A stretch of 64,000 bases of DNA from Candidatus Bathyarchaeota archaeon. Lineage in GTDB: Archaea > Thermoproteota > Bathyarchaeia > Bathyarchaeales > Bathycorpusculaceae. The notes beneath the pieces were generated by a model. That model did not search any database. It was given only the letters and a program-made list of their open reading frames with translations, and was not told the DNA's origin. How positions within the stretch are numbered: position 1 is the first letter of the stretch; every line of letters starts with the position of its first letter. Shown here piece by piece: positions 18,920-29,345 of this stretch. Location: contig OY969706.1 in NCBI GenBank assembly GCA_963702095.1, forward strand, positions 64,001-128,000. Reading direction: 5' to 3'. A program made the position numbers and the translations under genes.

Positions 18920-19888
18920 TTACGCCTTATTGTTTGCCTCCATGTGCTCGATTTCTTTCTTGTAGAAAACTTCGAGTTTTTTTATGACTGCACCTTTAGC
19001 ACTACCATTCCTGTATTGCAGCCGGTCGCTTGTGACAGTAGCTAATGTTGGTAAGGTTGTTTCAGGCGAAGTCCTGTAAAAGTCCAATCTATGTCTTAAA
19101 GTGCTACAAAGGTCATTTTCCATGATTCTAAGTTTCTCGCGTCCTTCGATGAATTTTTTTGCACTCTTAACGCTCTGAACTTCAGCGAATTCCTCTAATG
19201 CCTTGGTGACTTCCTGAGCTAATCGCGTGTGCTGTTTGACAATTTTCTCGCCTTCAGCGAGTATTTCCTTGACCTTTTCTGAGTTGTTCCGTTCTTTTAG
19301 TTCTTGTTCGAATGCTGGAATCAGCTTGTCATAATAGTTTTTTTGGAGTTCTTCAACAATGGCTCTTTGCTCGGACGTTTCTTTCTTGAACTTTTGCATC
19401 TGAGCACCGTGTAGAATCCAATTTTTGCTGCCACCTGTAGGAGGTTCTAAGGCTATGTGAACTTCATGGTTTTCCTCACTCTCTGCATCGTTTATCTGTG
19501 ATTCCCATGCGTTACATTGGTCAATTGTTATCCGACACGCATTTTTGTCTGCTATGAAGTCTTCCAGACAATTTTTAAGTTGGTAATTAGGCATGCTCTT
19601 TGACGCGTTGATTAGGTCTTCAGGCATTGGTAGAATATCGATGTCAGGTAGGCAATAATTCGCAATTTTTTTAATTGGTTGTCGTGCTAATTTTTGTGTT
19701 TTTATGAATTGCCGAGACCTTAATTCTGAGTTCGTTTGTTTGCGCCATTCTTCGCATGCTTCTATGCTGGTGTCTCTTGGGGCAGATTGGTGAGTATTTT
19801 CTATTGCACCTCCGCCGTGATTCCATAAGTCATTGTTTGCGAAACGTTCTTCTCGGTCTTTGATTTCTTCAGTGATTTTTCCGCTCAT
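18920..19888 (-). CDS. Hypothetical coiled-coil protein
   Basis: 322-aa charged helical ORF overlapping upstream stop. Confidence 0.7.
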   Translation of the reverse strand: MSGKITEEIKDREERFANNDLWNHGGGAIENTHQSAPRDTSIEACEEWRKQTNSELRSRQFIKTQKLARQPIKKIANYCLPDIDILPMPEDLINASKSMPNYQLKNCLEDFIADKNACRITIDQCNAWESQINDAESEENHEVHIALEPPTGGSKNWILHGAQMQKFKKETSEQRAIVEELQKNYYDKLIPAFEQELKERNNSEKVKEILAEGEKIVKQHTRLAQEVTKALEEFAEVQSVKSAKKFIEGREKLRIMENDLCSTLRHRLDFYRTSPETTLPTLATVTSDRLQYRNGSAKGAVIKKLEVFYKKEIEHMEANNKA

Positions 19889-20028
19889 TTTGTTACGCCT
19901 CCATGTTTTTCGTAGAGGTCAAGGCATTCGTTCAAGAACTCGTCATATTTGACAGCCCGAGAACACAACGCCTTGATTCTTTCAAGGGTTCCTCGCTTGA
20001 TGTTTATGGTTGTGATTTCTTCAATCAT
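19885..20028 (-). CDS. Small ribbon-helix-helix-like DNA-binding protein
   Basis: TTINIKRGTLERIKAL...YDEFLNECLD. Confidence 0.6.
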   Translation of the reverse strand: MIEEITTINIKRGTLERIKALCSRAVKYDEFLNECLDLYEKHGGVTK

Positions 20029-20098
20029 TTTTCTTTCCCTTTTTTGTCGCGTATTAATTACATTTATTAAATGCATGTCACATTGATGAATTTTGAAT

Positions 20099-20116
20099 AT
20101 AACAAATATTTGTTAT
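20099..20116. promoter_or_regulatory. Perfect 18-bp palindrome ATAACAAATATTTGTTAT between divergent genes
   Basis: Exact self-complementarity; between RHH gene and ORF at 20131. Confidence 0.5.
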
Positions 20117-20130
20117 GTGAAGGTAAAACG

Positions 20131-20628
20131 ATGACGATGACTAAAACTAATTCACTATGGCGCGATTATCTAAACGGGTCATATACGATTGAGAATCCAT
20201 TAACACGCAATCAAATGGATTACAACATTCGAGAGAAAGCTAAACAGATGTTGACCGACTTGCTGCTGATTTGTCAAAAAATGCCATATAATGACAGAAT
20301 AAGAATTTTTCACGATGAAGCTGTCTGGGAATCGATAGTTAAACCTCTTTTTCGTGAATTCCAAAATAACACTTGTCTTCTTTCACCTGAAGCTGAAAAG
20401 ACCAAAAAGCTAATCGAGATTCATAAAATAGCGAACGGCTGTATGAGATATGAGGTTCCATGCGACATTGTAAAATTGTTTGATGACGACTCGCCGTACA
20501 GAAGCCAAGTTAAAGTTAAGGTTTATAATAAAATGTTAGAGGAAGCCTATCATTATTCAAAGAAAAATCCAAATGTTGAAAAATTAAGGAAACATGTTGA
20601 CCAAGCGTTCGAGAATTTATGGAAATAA
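20131..20628 (+). CDS. Hypothetical protein
   Basis: ORF with AGGT SD before ATG 20131. Confidence 0.6.
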   Translation: MTMTKTNSLWRDYLNGSYTIENPLTRNQMDYNIREKAKQMLTDLLLICQKMPYNDRIRIFHDEAVWESIVKPLFREFQNNTCLLSPEAEKTKKLIEIHKIANGCMRYEVPCDIVKLFDDDSPYRSQVKVKVYNKMLEEAYHYSKKNPNVEKLRKHVDQAFENLWK

Positions 20629-20723
20629 AATCTAATGATTAGGCGTTAGATACAATGATTTCCCCGCTTGAATAAGATGAAAACTTCGCGAATAACGACA
20701 CAAATAAAGAGAAAGAATAGCGG

Positions 20724-22010
20724 TTAATCGTTGCTTACAACGATTTTTCCGCTTGGTAATGTCGCCACGAAATAATAGCCTTCACCCAACAGCACAGGAA
20801 GTTCGCTTTCTTCGATTATACGCTGACAATGTTTGCCGTCAGTGCAACCTTTAGATTTTGGCTTAGCGTTTTCTGTTTCTTTGTCTGTTGCTTCTTCCAA
20901 AGCGTCAACTTCATCTTTAATATCGAGTTGTCTGCCGATGAAGATAGATTTTTGGCGGAATATTGTTTTCATCTGATTTTCAGTTATGCCTTGAAGTTTC
21001 GCCAACATAATCAACGCTTGCTTTTTAGCCATAAGTTCAATGTCACCCTGCTCAACGGATTTGGCGTATGTTGTTTCTCCCATAGCTCGCTGATAATCTT
21101 CTCTTAATTGGTCAGGGCTGACATAAGCGCTTTCAGCTATTGTTTTTCCAACAATCTGCTTCCATTTGCTTTCAGACATGTAATTGCTTAAATGGTCAAT
21201 CAAGAATTTCCGTAAACAATGGAAACGGATGTTTTTGTTACCGTATTTGATGCCTGCCTTATCAGCGACACGCAGTAGGATTCGGGAAAGCTGAATTTCA
21301 TCTCGATATTTCAAGATGCGCTCATTAGCATCTTTACGTTCATCCCTGTCCATTTGCTCAAGGAACATTTTGATTATTGGTTTAGCGTCTGTGTCGATGA
21401 ACGGGAAAGCGGTAACATTCTCTTTCTGTGTGCATAACTCGCCTATGCTGATTGGCGTTTCGCGGTCAATATAGGCTTCCAAGTCACCGCGCCTTAAGCC
21501 GATAAAATCGCCAGCCCGCAAGCCAAACGATTTACCTACTGTTATGATGTATTTTTCTGTTAAGTCAGCGTGGTCACACATTTTCTTTAAATCGTCTTTG
21601 CTGAAGCGATAATCCTCTTGAACGCGCCTAAATTCAGTTAGTTTTGCCTTTTCCGTATTTCTAAACTCTAAGCCTAAACGGTGATATGCGAAGAATGAAC
21701 GCACCGAAGTTATGCCAGCAACGGCAGAGCCTGAAGCCTGTTCTTTACTTTCAATTAACCATTGTTTGAAAGATAACGTCTTTTTCTCCCAAGCGTATTC
21801 TTTGTCTGTTTTACGGTTTGCGAGAATTTGGTCACCTGTCATGCCAACGTATTCAAGAAAATATTTCCACATTGTTTGGTAGCTTGATTTTGTGGATTTC
21901 TTTAAAGCATTCAACCATTCGTTGGTTGCCAAATCGTTGGGAAATTTATCCTTTGACTTGTCACCTGTTTTTTCGTTAATGTTTTCGTTCATGTTTGTGT
22001 TCCTCAACAT
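20724..22010 (-). CDS. Tyrosine recombinase/integrase
   Basis: GLRAGD (R), RFHCLRK (HxxR), ESAYV (Y); C-terminal VATLPSGKIVV tail. Confidence 0.92.
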   Translation of the reverse strand: MLRNTNMNENINEKTGDKSKDKFPNDLATNEWLNALKKSTKSSYQTMWKYFLEYVGMTGDQILANRKTDKEYAWEKKTLSFKQWLIESKEQASGSAVAGITSVRSFFAYHRLGLEFRNTEKAKLTEFRRVQEDYRFSKDDLKKMCDHADLTEKYIITVGKSFGLRAGDFIGLRRGDLEAYIDRETPISIGELCTQKENVTAFPFIDTDAKPIIKMFLEQMDRDERKDANERILKYRDEIQLSRILLRVADKAGIKYGNKNIRFHCLRKFLIDHLSNYMSESKWKQIVGKTIAESAYVSPDQLREDYQRAMGETTYAKSVEQGDIELMAKKQALIMLAKLQGITENQMKTIFRQKSIFIGRQLDIKDEVDALEEATDKETENAKPKSKGCTDGKHCQRIIEESELPVLLGEGYYFVATLPSGKIVVSND

Positions 22011-22123
22011 GAACGTATGTCAGTGCCGTATTTATGTGAGTCCGTAAACTGATTTATTTAATCGTTTTTTTTTAAAAAAAAGCCTTTTCAGTCGTACAAA
22101 AAAGGAAAAGAAGTTAGAGAAGA

Positions 22124-23107
22124 TTAGATGGGGTATGCTCCGCAGGTCTTGCAGAACTGTATCTTAGTTTTTAAGTGGCTATGGCACTTGGGGCATTCTA
22201 CGCTATCTGGAACTTCAGGGAATACGTCTTTAGGTTTGCCGAATTTCTTGCGGAAAACTTCGTAGTAGAGCAGTTGTTCTTTGTCTTGGATTTCAACGTC
22301 ATCTTCAGCTTTGATAGCGGCTTTCTTCTCGTTGAATTCTTTGTCTTCGACCAAGTCGTTGAAGTATGTGCGTAGTGTTTCTGTGCCTGTGCCTGCTTCG
22401 AGTGGCGCTTTGGGTCTCCAAATGATGTCTTTTGGAATGACATCCTCGTAGGCTTTACGTAGAATCCATTTGCCGTATTTGACGCCGTTGTACATGTTAA
22501 TCTTGTATTTGATCGGTAACTTCATTGCCCACTCCATGAACTCAGGCTCTCGGTAGGGTGCTTTGATTTGCATGCCAAGAGATTCAGCCATCGGGAAGGA
22601 GGAGAAACCCATTTCTGCCCACATTTCTTCTTGTTTCTTGACGAATTCTGTTTCGCTGAGGTGGAATTGCCATGGGTAACCGAAAAGCTCGTCTAAGGCG
22701 TCTCCGGTGAAGACTGTTTTGATGCCCTTGGGTTTTAGCAGTGTTAAGCCGATGTAGACTGGGAGGCTGTTGCGGATTTCCATGGGGTCGTATTTTTTGA
22801 GTGCTTCAACCACTTTGGGGTAGAATTTGTAGACGTCTTCTTTTCCGAACTCGTAGGTTTCATGTTTGAGGTGGAGGAGTTCAACCATTTTTTTGACGTA
22901 TTCGGTGTCTTTTGGTTTTCCGTGTTTGAAGGCTAAGGTTAGGCAGGGGATGTCGGGCTTGTATTTGACTGCTTCGTAGGCGATGATTTGGGTGTCTGTT
23001 CCAGCCGAGAACAGGAAGCCATCTGCGAGGTTTTTCTTAACAACTTTGTTTACTAAGGTTCTGATTGGTGGCAGGAGCTTGTTAACTTCAGACTCATTAA
23101 GGCTCAT
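22124..23107 (-). CDS. Asparagine-synthase-like ATP pyrophosphatase domain protein with C-terminal zinc ribbon
   Basis: FSAGTDT, TGDALDELFG, KWILRKA, RPKAP; CPKC..CKTC. Confidence 0.8.
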   Translation of the reverse strand: MSLNESEVNKLLPPIRTLVNKVVKKNLADGFLFSAGTDTQIIAYEAVKYKPDIPCLTLAFKHGKPKDTEYVKKMVELLHLKHETYEFGKEDVYKFYPKVVEALKKYDPMEIRNSLPVYIGLTLLKPKGIKTVFTGDALDELFGYPWQFHLSETEFVKKQEEMWAEMGFSSFPMAESLGMQIKAPYREPEFMEWAMKLPIKYKINMYNGVKYGKWILRKAYEDVIPKDIIWRPKAPLEAGTGTETLRTYFNDLVEDKEFNEKKAAIKAEDDVEIQDKEQLLYYEVFRKKFGKPKDVFPEVPDSVECPKCHSHLKTKIQFCKTCGAYPI

Positions 23108-23310
23108 TTTTATCCCTCGATATTACAGTGTTTGTCGTTTGCGGTGCATATAAAGTTAACTGTATGCGTATAAAAGCGGTTAAATAATAAACAACTGTGC
23201 TGAAACAAAAAAATACATTGAACAATCGACCACTCGGTAAGCTTTAGTAGCATAACAACTATGTTTAAATCCCAAAAACAAAACTCATACAACAAACGGA
23301 GAACCAAACC

Positions 23311-24066
23311 TTGAAAGTCAGCGTACTCCACATGCAAATACGCCCCAACATAGACGACAACCTCACAGCCGCAAAAACTGCAGTCCTAAAAGCCGCCAAA
23401 CAAAAACCAGTCCTCATAGCCCTACCCGAATACTTCACGGTCCCCAACTGCATGACACACTTCACCGACGCAGCAGCAATCAGCAAAGAAACCTGCCAAA
23501 AAACCCTCACCTTCCTCCAAACAGTATCCGCCAAAATCGGCAACATCTACCTCCTAGGCGGCTCAGTGCTCCAAGAAGAAGGCGGCAAATACTACAACAC
23601 CAGCACCCTTTGGAAAAACGGCATATTGCTAGCTAGATACAAGAAAATCAACCCCATCCAAGCCGAAGTCAACGCCGGCATAGCCCGCGGCTGCACACCA
23701 ATGGTTGTGGACACAGATTTGGGCAGGTTGGGCATGATTGTGTGCGCTGACACCTTTGACCCAGCTTTGGTCAAAAAAGTCGCCGAATTAGGCGCAGAAA
23801 TCATAACGCTACCCGTTGCCGCCATGGGCACTCACCCAGCCGTAAAAAGCCACCCCTTAACCGAAGCAATAGCCCGCGACTACGGTGTGTTCATCCTTAA
23901 AGTCGGCAATGTGAGCTCGAACATGCGGGGCGGCAGAAGCGCCATCATCTCACCCTGGGGCGTGCTCGGAGAAGTTACAGATGCACCTGAAGACTCGATT
24001 CTGACCGCTGATTTGGACATGGAACGGCTTAAGGAGTACCGTGCCAAACTCAAGAAACAAGCATAA
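23311..24066 (+). CDS. Carbon-nitrogen hydrolase (nitrilase family)
   Basis: LPEYF, YKKINP, IVCAD catalytic E-K-C; SPWG. Confidence 0.9.
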   Translation: MKVSVLHMQIRPNIDDNLTAAKTAVLKAAKQKPVLIALPEYFTVPNCMTHFTDAAAISKETCQKTLTFLQTVSAKIGNIYLLGGSVLQEEGGKYYNTSTLWKNGILLARYKKINPIQAEVNAGIARGCTPMVVDTDLGRLGMIVCADTFDPALVKKVAELGAEIITLPVAAMGTHPAVKSHPLTEAIARDYGVFILKVGNVSSNMRGGRSAIISPWGVLGEVTDAPEDSILTADLDMERLKEYRAKLKKQA

Positions 24067-24122
24067 TATCCAAAAATTCTTCTTGACCTTTTGTTTCAAT
24101 TAAGCGGCTAAAAGGCCTACCG

Positions 24123-25391
24123 CTATACGCCTCTCTTACGAGTTCTCCAAACACTGAAACCTACTCCAACAACAATTACGGTAGCCAAAACGCCAATCAG
24201 AGGTATAGTGGGAAAGTTAAGCTCTTGATTAATCGGCTCATCAGCTTCTTCTTGGTTATTATCTGTCACACCCACTGAAGGCGTCGTGCCGGGGCTATGG
24301 CTTGGTGTCGGGGCATATGTGGGTTCAAATTGTTCTGGGGAGCCGTGTGCCATTGGATGGTACATTTCGGTTATATTGCTTGGGTACATGAACGTCATGT
24401 ACCCCCATTGACCGGTGCGTCCACCAAGAAGATAAACTACATTATCAACGGCTATGGCTGCGGCAATTAATCTGTTAGTAGTTGGCGCCGGTGTTCCAGT
24501 AAACCAAGCGTCTGACCGCGGGTCGTAGATGTCGGTTCGGTTTTCGTCGAAGAAGTATATTCGTTTAAGCGCGTTTGCCCCGGTGGTTGCAGCGGCAGTC
24601 GCCGCATAGCTTATGGGCGTTTTGTTCTTAATTGTCCACATGTCTGTTGCAGGGTCATAAACCATAATGTTCCTCTCCCAATCCGCATCTGGGTTGGTTT
24701 CTAACACGTATATTTTGTTATCAATGACTGCTGAAGCGTATGAACTCACCGGTAAAGGTGCCGGAGTCTTGGTTGCCCAAGAATTAGTTGCTGGGTCATA
24801 AACTTCGGTTATGTTTAGGGTTATGTACAAGTCAGTCATTGTGTGTCCGCCTATAACGTATATTTTGTCGTCCACTACGTTAGTCGCTGTACTATAACGT
24901 GGGGTGGGCAGCGCCGCCATAGTTTGCCAACTGTTCGATGCGGGGTCATAGACTTCATTAGCGCCTACATCGTAGTATTCGGTTTTCCAGTCCCAGCTCT
25001 CAGGACCCGTTACTACGATTGCGCCGTGGTAGCCACCGACGCAGAAAATTTTGCCGTCATAAACCGCTGTGCCGAAAAGGGCTCTTTTAGTTGGCATATC
25101 CGCTTTTGGGGTCCAAATATTTTGGGCTGGGTCGTATTCTTCGGTGTAGTTCACAATGTTGTATGTCATAGCTGTACCCGTCATGCAGTTGCCTGTCTCG
25201 CTTCCTTCGTCGCCGCCAATAGCATAGATTTTCCCGTCCACGGCAGCAACGCCGAGATAGGCTCGGGCATGATTCATATTTGCCTCTGAGCTCCAAGAAT
25301 CCGAAGATGCTGCCCATGCACCCTCAAACATACAGAGAACTATCAATAGAGCACAGAATACCGTAAACAGGGCAGCGGTTTTCTTCGTCAC
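24123..25391 (-). CDS. Kelch-repeat surface protein with C-terminal TM
   Basis: Repeated KIYAIGG / YDP..W; signal peptide. Confidence 0.9.
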   Translation of the reverse strand: MTKKTAALFTVFCALLIVLCMFEGAWAASSDSWSSEANMNHARAYLGVAAVDGKIYAIGGDEGSETGNCMTGTAMTYNIVNYTEEYDPAQNIWTPKADMPTKRALFGTAVYDGKIFCVGGYHGAIVVTGPESWDWKTEYYDVGANEVYDPASNSWQTMAALPTPRYSTATNVVDDKIYVIGGHTMTDLYITLNITEVYDPATNSWATKTPAPLPVSSYASAVIDNKIYVLETNPDADWERNIMVYDPATDMWTIKNKTPISYAATAAATTGANALKRIYFFDENRTDIYDPRSDAWFTGTPAPTTNRLIAAAIAVDNVVYLLGGRTGQWGYMTFMYPSNITEMYHPMAHGSPEQFEPTYAPTPSHSPGTTPSVGVTDNNQEEADEPINQELNFPTIPLIGVLATVIVVGVGFSVWRTRKRGV

Positions 25392-25744
25392 ATTTCGTCA
25401 CACTGCACCCTTTGAAGGCTGTCTTTAAAAGCCCTTTTCGTCAAGATTCCTTGACTAACAGGGTCTTAAGATTGCCAGGACTTCTGTATTTTTGGTGTGC
25501 TTTCTGTTGCCTGCACTCATCTAAGCAACTTTCAGGTTACCCTTGGGTGCCCCACCCACTGCTTGTGGATTTATCCACAACCAGCAAACAATTAGCAGTA
25601 AAAGCAGAATCCAAAAAGCAATCACCCTATGCGTCCGCTGGAAGATGATGAGTAAGGGGCGCTCTGCCTTCATCTAACACTAGAAAAAAGCACTACATGC
25701 CGTGCCAACATTAGACTCAAGGGCAAAAATGATGCTGGTCAAAC

Positions 25745-26635
25745 TCAGTAGAGCTCAGCCCAAGCATCCACGATTCGAGTCATTTCTTTAAACTCATACT
25801 GCAAAAACCAATCCCGCAATTCAGCGTTGTGGACGGCGTACCGCGCGATTTGGCGTGCGTTCTCTGAGTCATGCACCAGCAGCAAAGTAGCCATCAAGTT
25901 ATGGCGTGAAATGTAAGCGACGGTTTTGAGTAGCGCCTCAATTTTTTCGTCGGTAGGCATCTCCGCACTCAACTCCACAACAACCGGCTTCTTTAGTGTG
26001 GCGGCGAAGTCGCGGACGATGGTGTCAACCCAGTAATTAGTAAAGTAATCCCGAGACGACAGTGGAACATGGAAGTAATCCACCAATTCTGCAATCGCAT
26101 CGAAATCTATGCCGAAACGTTCCTTAGCCAACACGGGGTCGGGGAACATTTCCACGGCGAAGGTGCCTTTGGTGTGGGTTTTGGCTTCCCGTAGGAACTC
26201 GGTTATGGTTTGGGCGCGCCACTCCGTCCAGCCTAACCCGCTTTTTTGCCGCAGCTCAGTGCATCTTGGGCATGTGCAGAAGTCTTGGTCGGCGAAGTGG
26301 TAGAGGTTAAGGGTGACGCCGACGATGGCTTCTTTGCATATGCTGTCGAGGTAAGTGTAGACTTTTTGGCGGTAGCCAGGGTGGGTTGGGCACACGTAGT
26401 CGAAGGGTAAGTTGTTTCTTCTGTGACGCCTCAGTGCTGGGCCATGTTTGCTGGTTTGGACGATTGAGGGGTCCTCTCGGATGGCTTTTGCATCGCAGAA
26501 AACAGTGACGTCGTTTTGCATGCCCACTGCTGCGGGAAAAGCTTGGCCGTCTACCCATTTGCTATAGTAAACTTGGAGGTCAAAGCCTTCGACTAACTCG
26601 GGTTTGTAGGTGACTGTGCCTATTTGCATGCCCAA
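25745..26635 (-). CDS. Probable TIM-barrel protein with CTCPRC motif (paralog of 35027-35929)
   Basis: DYVCPTHP, HFADQDFCTCPRC, WTEWRA, PDPVLAKERFGIDF. Confidence 0.65.
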   Translation of the reverse strand: MGMQIGTVTYKPELVEGFDLQVYYSKWVDGQAFPAAVGMQNDVTVFCDAKAIREDPSIVQTSKHGPALRRHRRNNLPFDYVCPTHPGYRQKVYTYLDSICKEAIVGVTLNLYHFADQDFCTCPRCTELRQKSGLGWTEWRAQTITEFLREAKTHTKGTFAVEMFPDPVLAKERFGIDFDAIAELVDYFHVPLSSRDYFTNYWVDTIVRDFAATLKKPVVVELSAEMPTDEKIEALLKTVAYISRHNLMATLLLVHDSENARQIARYAVHNAELRDWFLQYEFKEMTRIVDAWAELY

Positions 26636-26687
26636 TACCTTGCTCGCAACAGATATATTATTGGCGCTTATTTAATTGTTGATTCGC

Positions 26688-26906
26688 ATGGACAAACATA
26701 AATCACCAATAACTATTGATCTTGCCAAATGCGGTCCATGTACAGGACAAATCTGCATTGGTGTTTGTCCACAGGGCGCCCTCGAAGAAGGCAAAAACCG
26801 CAAACCCCAAGTCATCGCAGTGGTTCAATGCACAAAGTGTGGGGTATGCGTGAATTTGTGCCCCAGCAAAGCCATCACCTTAAATGTGGGTACCCCCAAG
26901 AAGTAG
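26688..26906 (+). CDS. 2[4Fe-4S] ferredoxin
   Basis: CGPC....CIGVCP and CTKCGVCVNLCP. Confidence 0.9.
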   Translation: MDKHKSPITIDLAKCGPCTGQICIGVCPQGALEEGKNRKPQVIAVVQCTKCGVCVNLCPSKAITLNVGTPKK

Positions 26907-26927
26907 CCAAGTGGGGAACTGGCTGGT

Positions 26928-27929
26928 TTGGAACAGTTTGATTTAGCCAAGGACACAAAATTTGTTGTTAACGATAATGTGCTAGCCGTTATTTGTGATA
27001 ATGCTTTAAAGACTGTTAGCTCAGCAATATTCAACGGCGGGAGCAGACAGGTTAAAGCCGTCCTAAACGTAGGGGTGCCGGAAGGGTACAGCGACCGTTC
27101 CTTGCACCTTGACCCGCTCGAACTCATCTTCTCATCAGCCCCAAAAGTCGGCGTAACCCACGATTACCTCGCCATGATTACCGCCGCAAAAATCAAAAAC
27201 TACCGCCTAATCCAGAAAAAAACAGCCGACTACTCCGTAGCAGTCGCCGCCACCGCCGGCTGCTCACACGGCGAATCCAGCGGCGAAGACATCAAAGTTG
27301 AAGCAATCACAGGCACCATAAACATCATCGTCTTCATCGACGGCAACCCAACAGAGAGCTGCATGGTAGCCTCATTAATCACCGCCACCGAAGCCAAATC
27401 CGCTGTTCTACGCGACTTTGACATGCGTAGCCGCTACACAGGCGACTCCGCAACCGGCTCCATAACCGACAGCGTCACCGTCGCAACCACAGCCAAAGGC
27501 GAAGCAATCATGCTCGGCGGTCCCGCATCCAAGCTGGGCCAACTCGTCGGCTACTGCGCCCGAAGAGCCGTCACCGAGGCGTTGCTTAAGCAGGAGCCTG
27601 TTTGGGCAAACCGCAGCGTCGCCGATAGGCTCCGTGAGAGGCACCTGCCGCTGGAGAAACTGGCAGCTGAAATCTCCAAGGTCGAAGGTTTAGCGGTGAC
27701 TGCCGACGGTTTAGCTGAAATTTTAAAGAAGACTTCCTCTGCAGGCTGGCAGTTGCTGGCGGCGGCGAAACTGGATGACGACTACAAGAAAAACCTGCTC
27801 CCAACTGACTTCAAAGACTGGAGCAGCGTAAATCAAGTCATCAATGAAATTGACAACCCAAACTACAGCGCGGTTGATTTGCCACCCTTCATAAAAGCGG
27901 CGTTAATCAGAATCATCAAGACAGGTTAA
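26928..27929 (+). CDS. cbiZ: Adenosylcobinamide amidohydrolase CbiZ-like
   Basis: SSAIFNGG, MITAA, ATAG, GTINI, TATEAK, ATGSITDS. Confidence 0.85.
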   Translation: MEQFDLAKDTKFVVNDNVLAVICDNALKTVSSAIFNGGSRQVKAVLNVGVPEGYSDRSLHLDPLELIFSSAPKVGVTHDYLAMITAAKIKNYRLIQKKTADYSVAVAATAGCSHGESSGEDIKVEAITGTINIIVFIDGNPTESCMVASLITATEAKSAVLRDFDMRSRYTGDSATGSITDSVTVATTAKGEAIMLGGPASKLGQLVGYCARRAVTEALLKQEPVWANRSVADRLRERHLPLEKLAAEISKVEGLAVTADGLAEILKKTSSAGWQLLAAAKLDDDYKKNLLPTDFKDWSSVNQVINEIDNPNYSAVDLPPFIKAALIRIIKTG

Positions 27930-27941
27930 ATGGTTGCTTCT

Positions 27942-28484
27942 TTATTCCACATTTTTGAATATCAGGTTATACACCGATAAAGAACCTGACTGCCCATCAT
28001 TTTCTCGTATATATTCGGAAAAATAGGTTCTAGTTAAAACTCTAACTGTATCTTCGTCGCTTGTGTATTTCAAATGCAGTAACTCATGGATTAGGGAGGC
28101 TCTCGCTCGGTTTCCCGCATACATTACCAGTAGGTCTCTTCCATATTTTTCGCTGAAGGCATCACAGAACTTTTCAGTTTTCGGGTAAATCCAAATTTTA
28201 CCCGTAAAAGGATTACATGTCCCCGCTATGCCAAACCCCCTACGTTTATGAACAGGATAAAGCGCAATTTTAATGCTGTCAACTTGTTTCTCATCAATGT
28301 CTTCGAGTTTTAACATAGAATTTAGGAACTCTTGAAAGCGGTATCTTCCTAACGCTTTGAAAATAAAGCGAGAATATTTTGAGTAAAACTTATTGTTCTT
28401 GAAGGATAATTCTTTTTCTGTGGATTGGCTTATCTTTATTTTGCCTGAGATCGAATTTTTTTTAGTTGCAATCTGCGCTGTCAT
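27942..28484 (-). CDS. Putative zincin-like metallopeptidase
   Basis: LIHELLHLK (HExxH). Confidence 0.55.
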   Translation of the reverse strand: MTAQIATKKNSISGKIKISQSTEKELSFKNNKFYSKYSRFIFKALGRYRFQEFLNSMLKLEDIDEKQVDSIKIALYPVHKRRGFGIAGTCNPFTGKIWIYPKTEKFCDAFSEKYGRDLLVMYAGNRARASLIHELLHLKYTSDEDTVRVLTRTYFSEYIRENDGQSGSLSVYNLIFKNVE

Positions 28485-28494
28485 AAAGTGTCAT

Positions 28495-28701
28495 TCATAT
28501 TGATTGAGTTTTTACTAGAAATACGCAGTTTTTATGAGCTTTTGATTGAGGGCGCGAGAAGCCATATGAGTTAGGTAGGTTTTCATGGTGGTGGCTTGCA
28601 GAACACTTCACACCCATAATTTTGCCGTCTTTCGATACCCACACCACGGTTCCCATTCGGGTACATTCGGGGCAATGCGCATAATCGCCTATATTCACCA
28701 T
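28495..28701 (-). CDS. Small zinc-binding hypothetical protein
   Basis: CPEC...C...H. Confidence 0.55.
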   Translation of the reverse strand: MVNIGDYAHCPECTRMGTVVWVSKDGKIMGVKCSASHHHENLPNSYGFSRPQSKAHKNCVFLVKTQSI

Positions 28702-29063
28702 GTTTTTGGTTTCTCCGTTTGCTTGTTATAACTATAATCTCTATCTCTAATGCAAGTTTGTGTGATGACAACGCCAACGGCTTCTGTAGGCGAGACAGCT
28801 TCAAATTCTGATAAATATTTTTGTAACAATTCTCTCTCTTCCGATTTAACAGTAAAAAGGAGCTTTAGTAACTCAGGAAAAACCTAAGCCCAAAGACTTT
28901 TTATTGTTCTAATAAAAGGGGTTGCCTACTTATAAACGAATGATTCACTTTAGGCCCTATTTTTCTGAACGCTAAGCAAAGTTTTAGCTTTTTCATTTCG
29001 TGAAATAGCTTGGACTATAATATACACTTATAGTGCGTTTAACATAGCTGTAATGTAATTTCT

Positions 29064-29345
29064 ATGTCCAAACTAGAAAAAGGTAAACATAAACAAACAG
29101 TTGTTAAGGCAACTAAAGCAAAGGAAATCCCAGTTAAAAACATCGTGGAGCGAGAGCAATTCGATAACGATGGAAACCTGGTTTGTCCAACATGCAAGAA
29201 ATCATTAAGGGGTCTGAAAACTAACGTTTCCGATTCATTGATTGTACCAGACAAACATACGACTAAAAAGCGTAAAGTACAATGTTGTTCTGAAGAGTGC
29301 ACTGCCAAATTCCATGTTGTCCAGCAAAAAAGCATTGAGGAGTAA
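29064..29345 (+). CDS. Small zinc-finger hypothetical protein
   Basis: CPTC...CCSEEC. Confidence 0.6.
   Translation: MSKLEKGKHKQTVVKATKAKEIPVKNIVEREQFDNDGNLVCPTCKKSLRGLKTNVSDSLIVPDKHTTKKRKVQCCSEECTAKFHVVQQKSIEE

Larger units (their letters stand above)
11500..22064. mobile_element. ~10.6-kb integrative element with tyrosine recombinase
   Basis: AT-rich island between convergent host genes; integrase at right end; imperfect 19-bp inverted repeats 11500-11518/22046-22064 (15/19), flanked by TTTTTTTAAA at 11486-11495 and 22067-22076. Confidence 0.8.

Noticed and set aside
25563-25580. Palindrome TTGTGGAT-TT-ATCCACAA containing a DnaA-box-like TTATCCACA; possible cobalamin riboswitch near cbiZ
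   Set aside because: Single copy in an archaeon, and no B12-box/GGGAA consensus found nearby; function unsupported.
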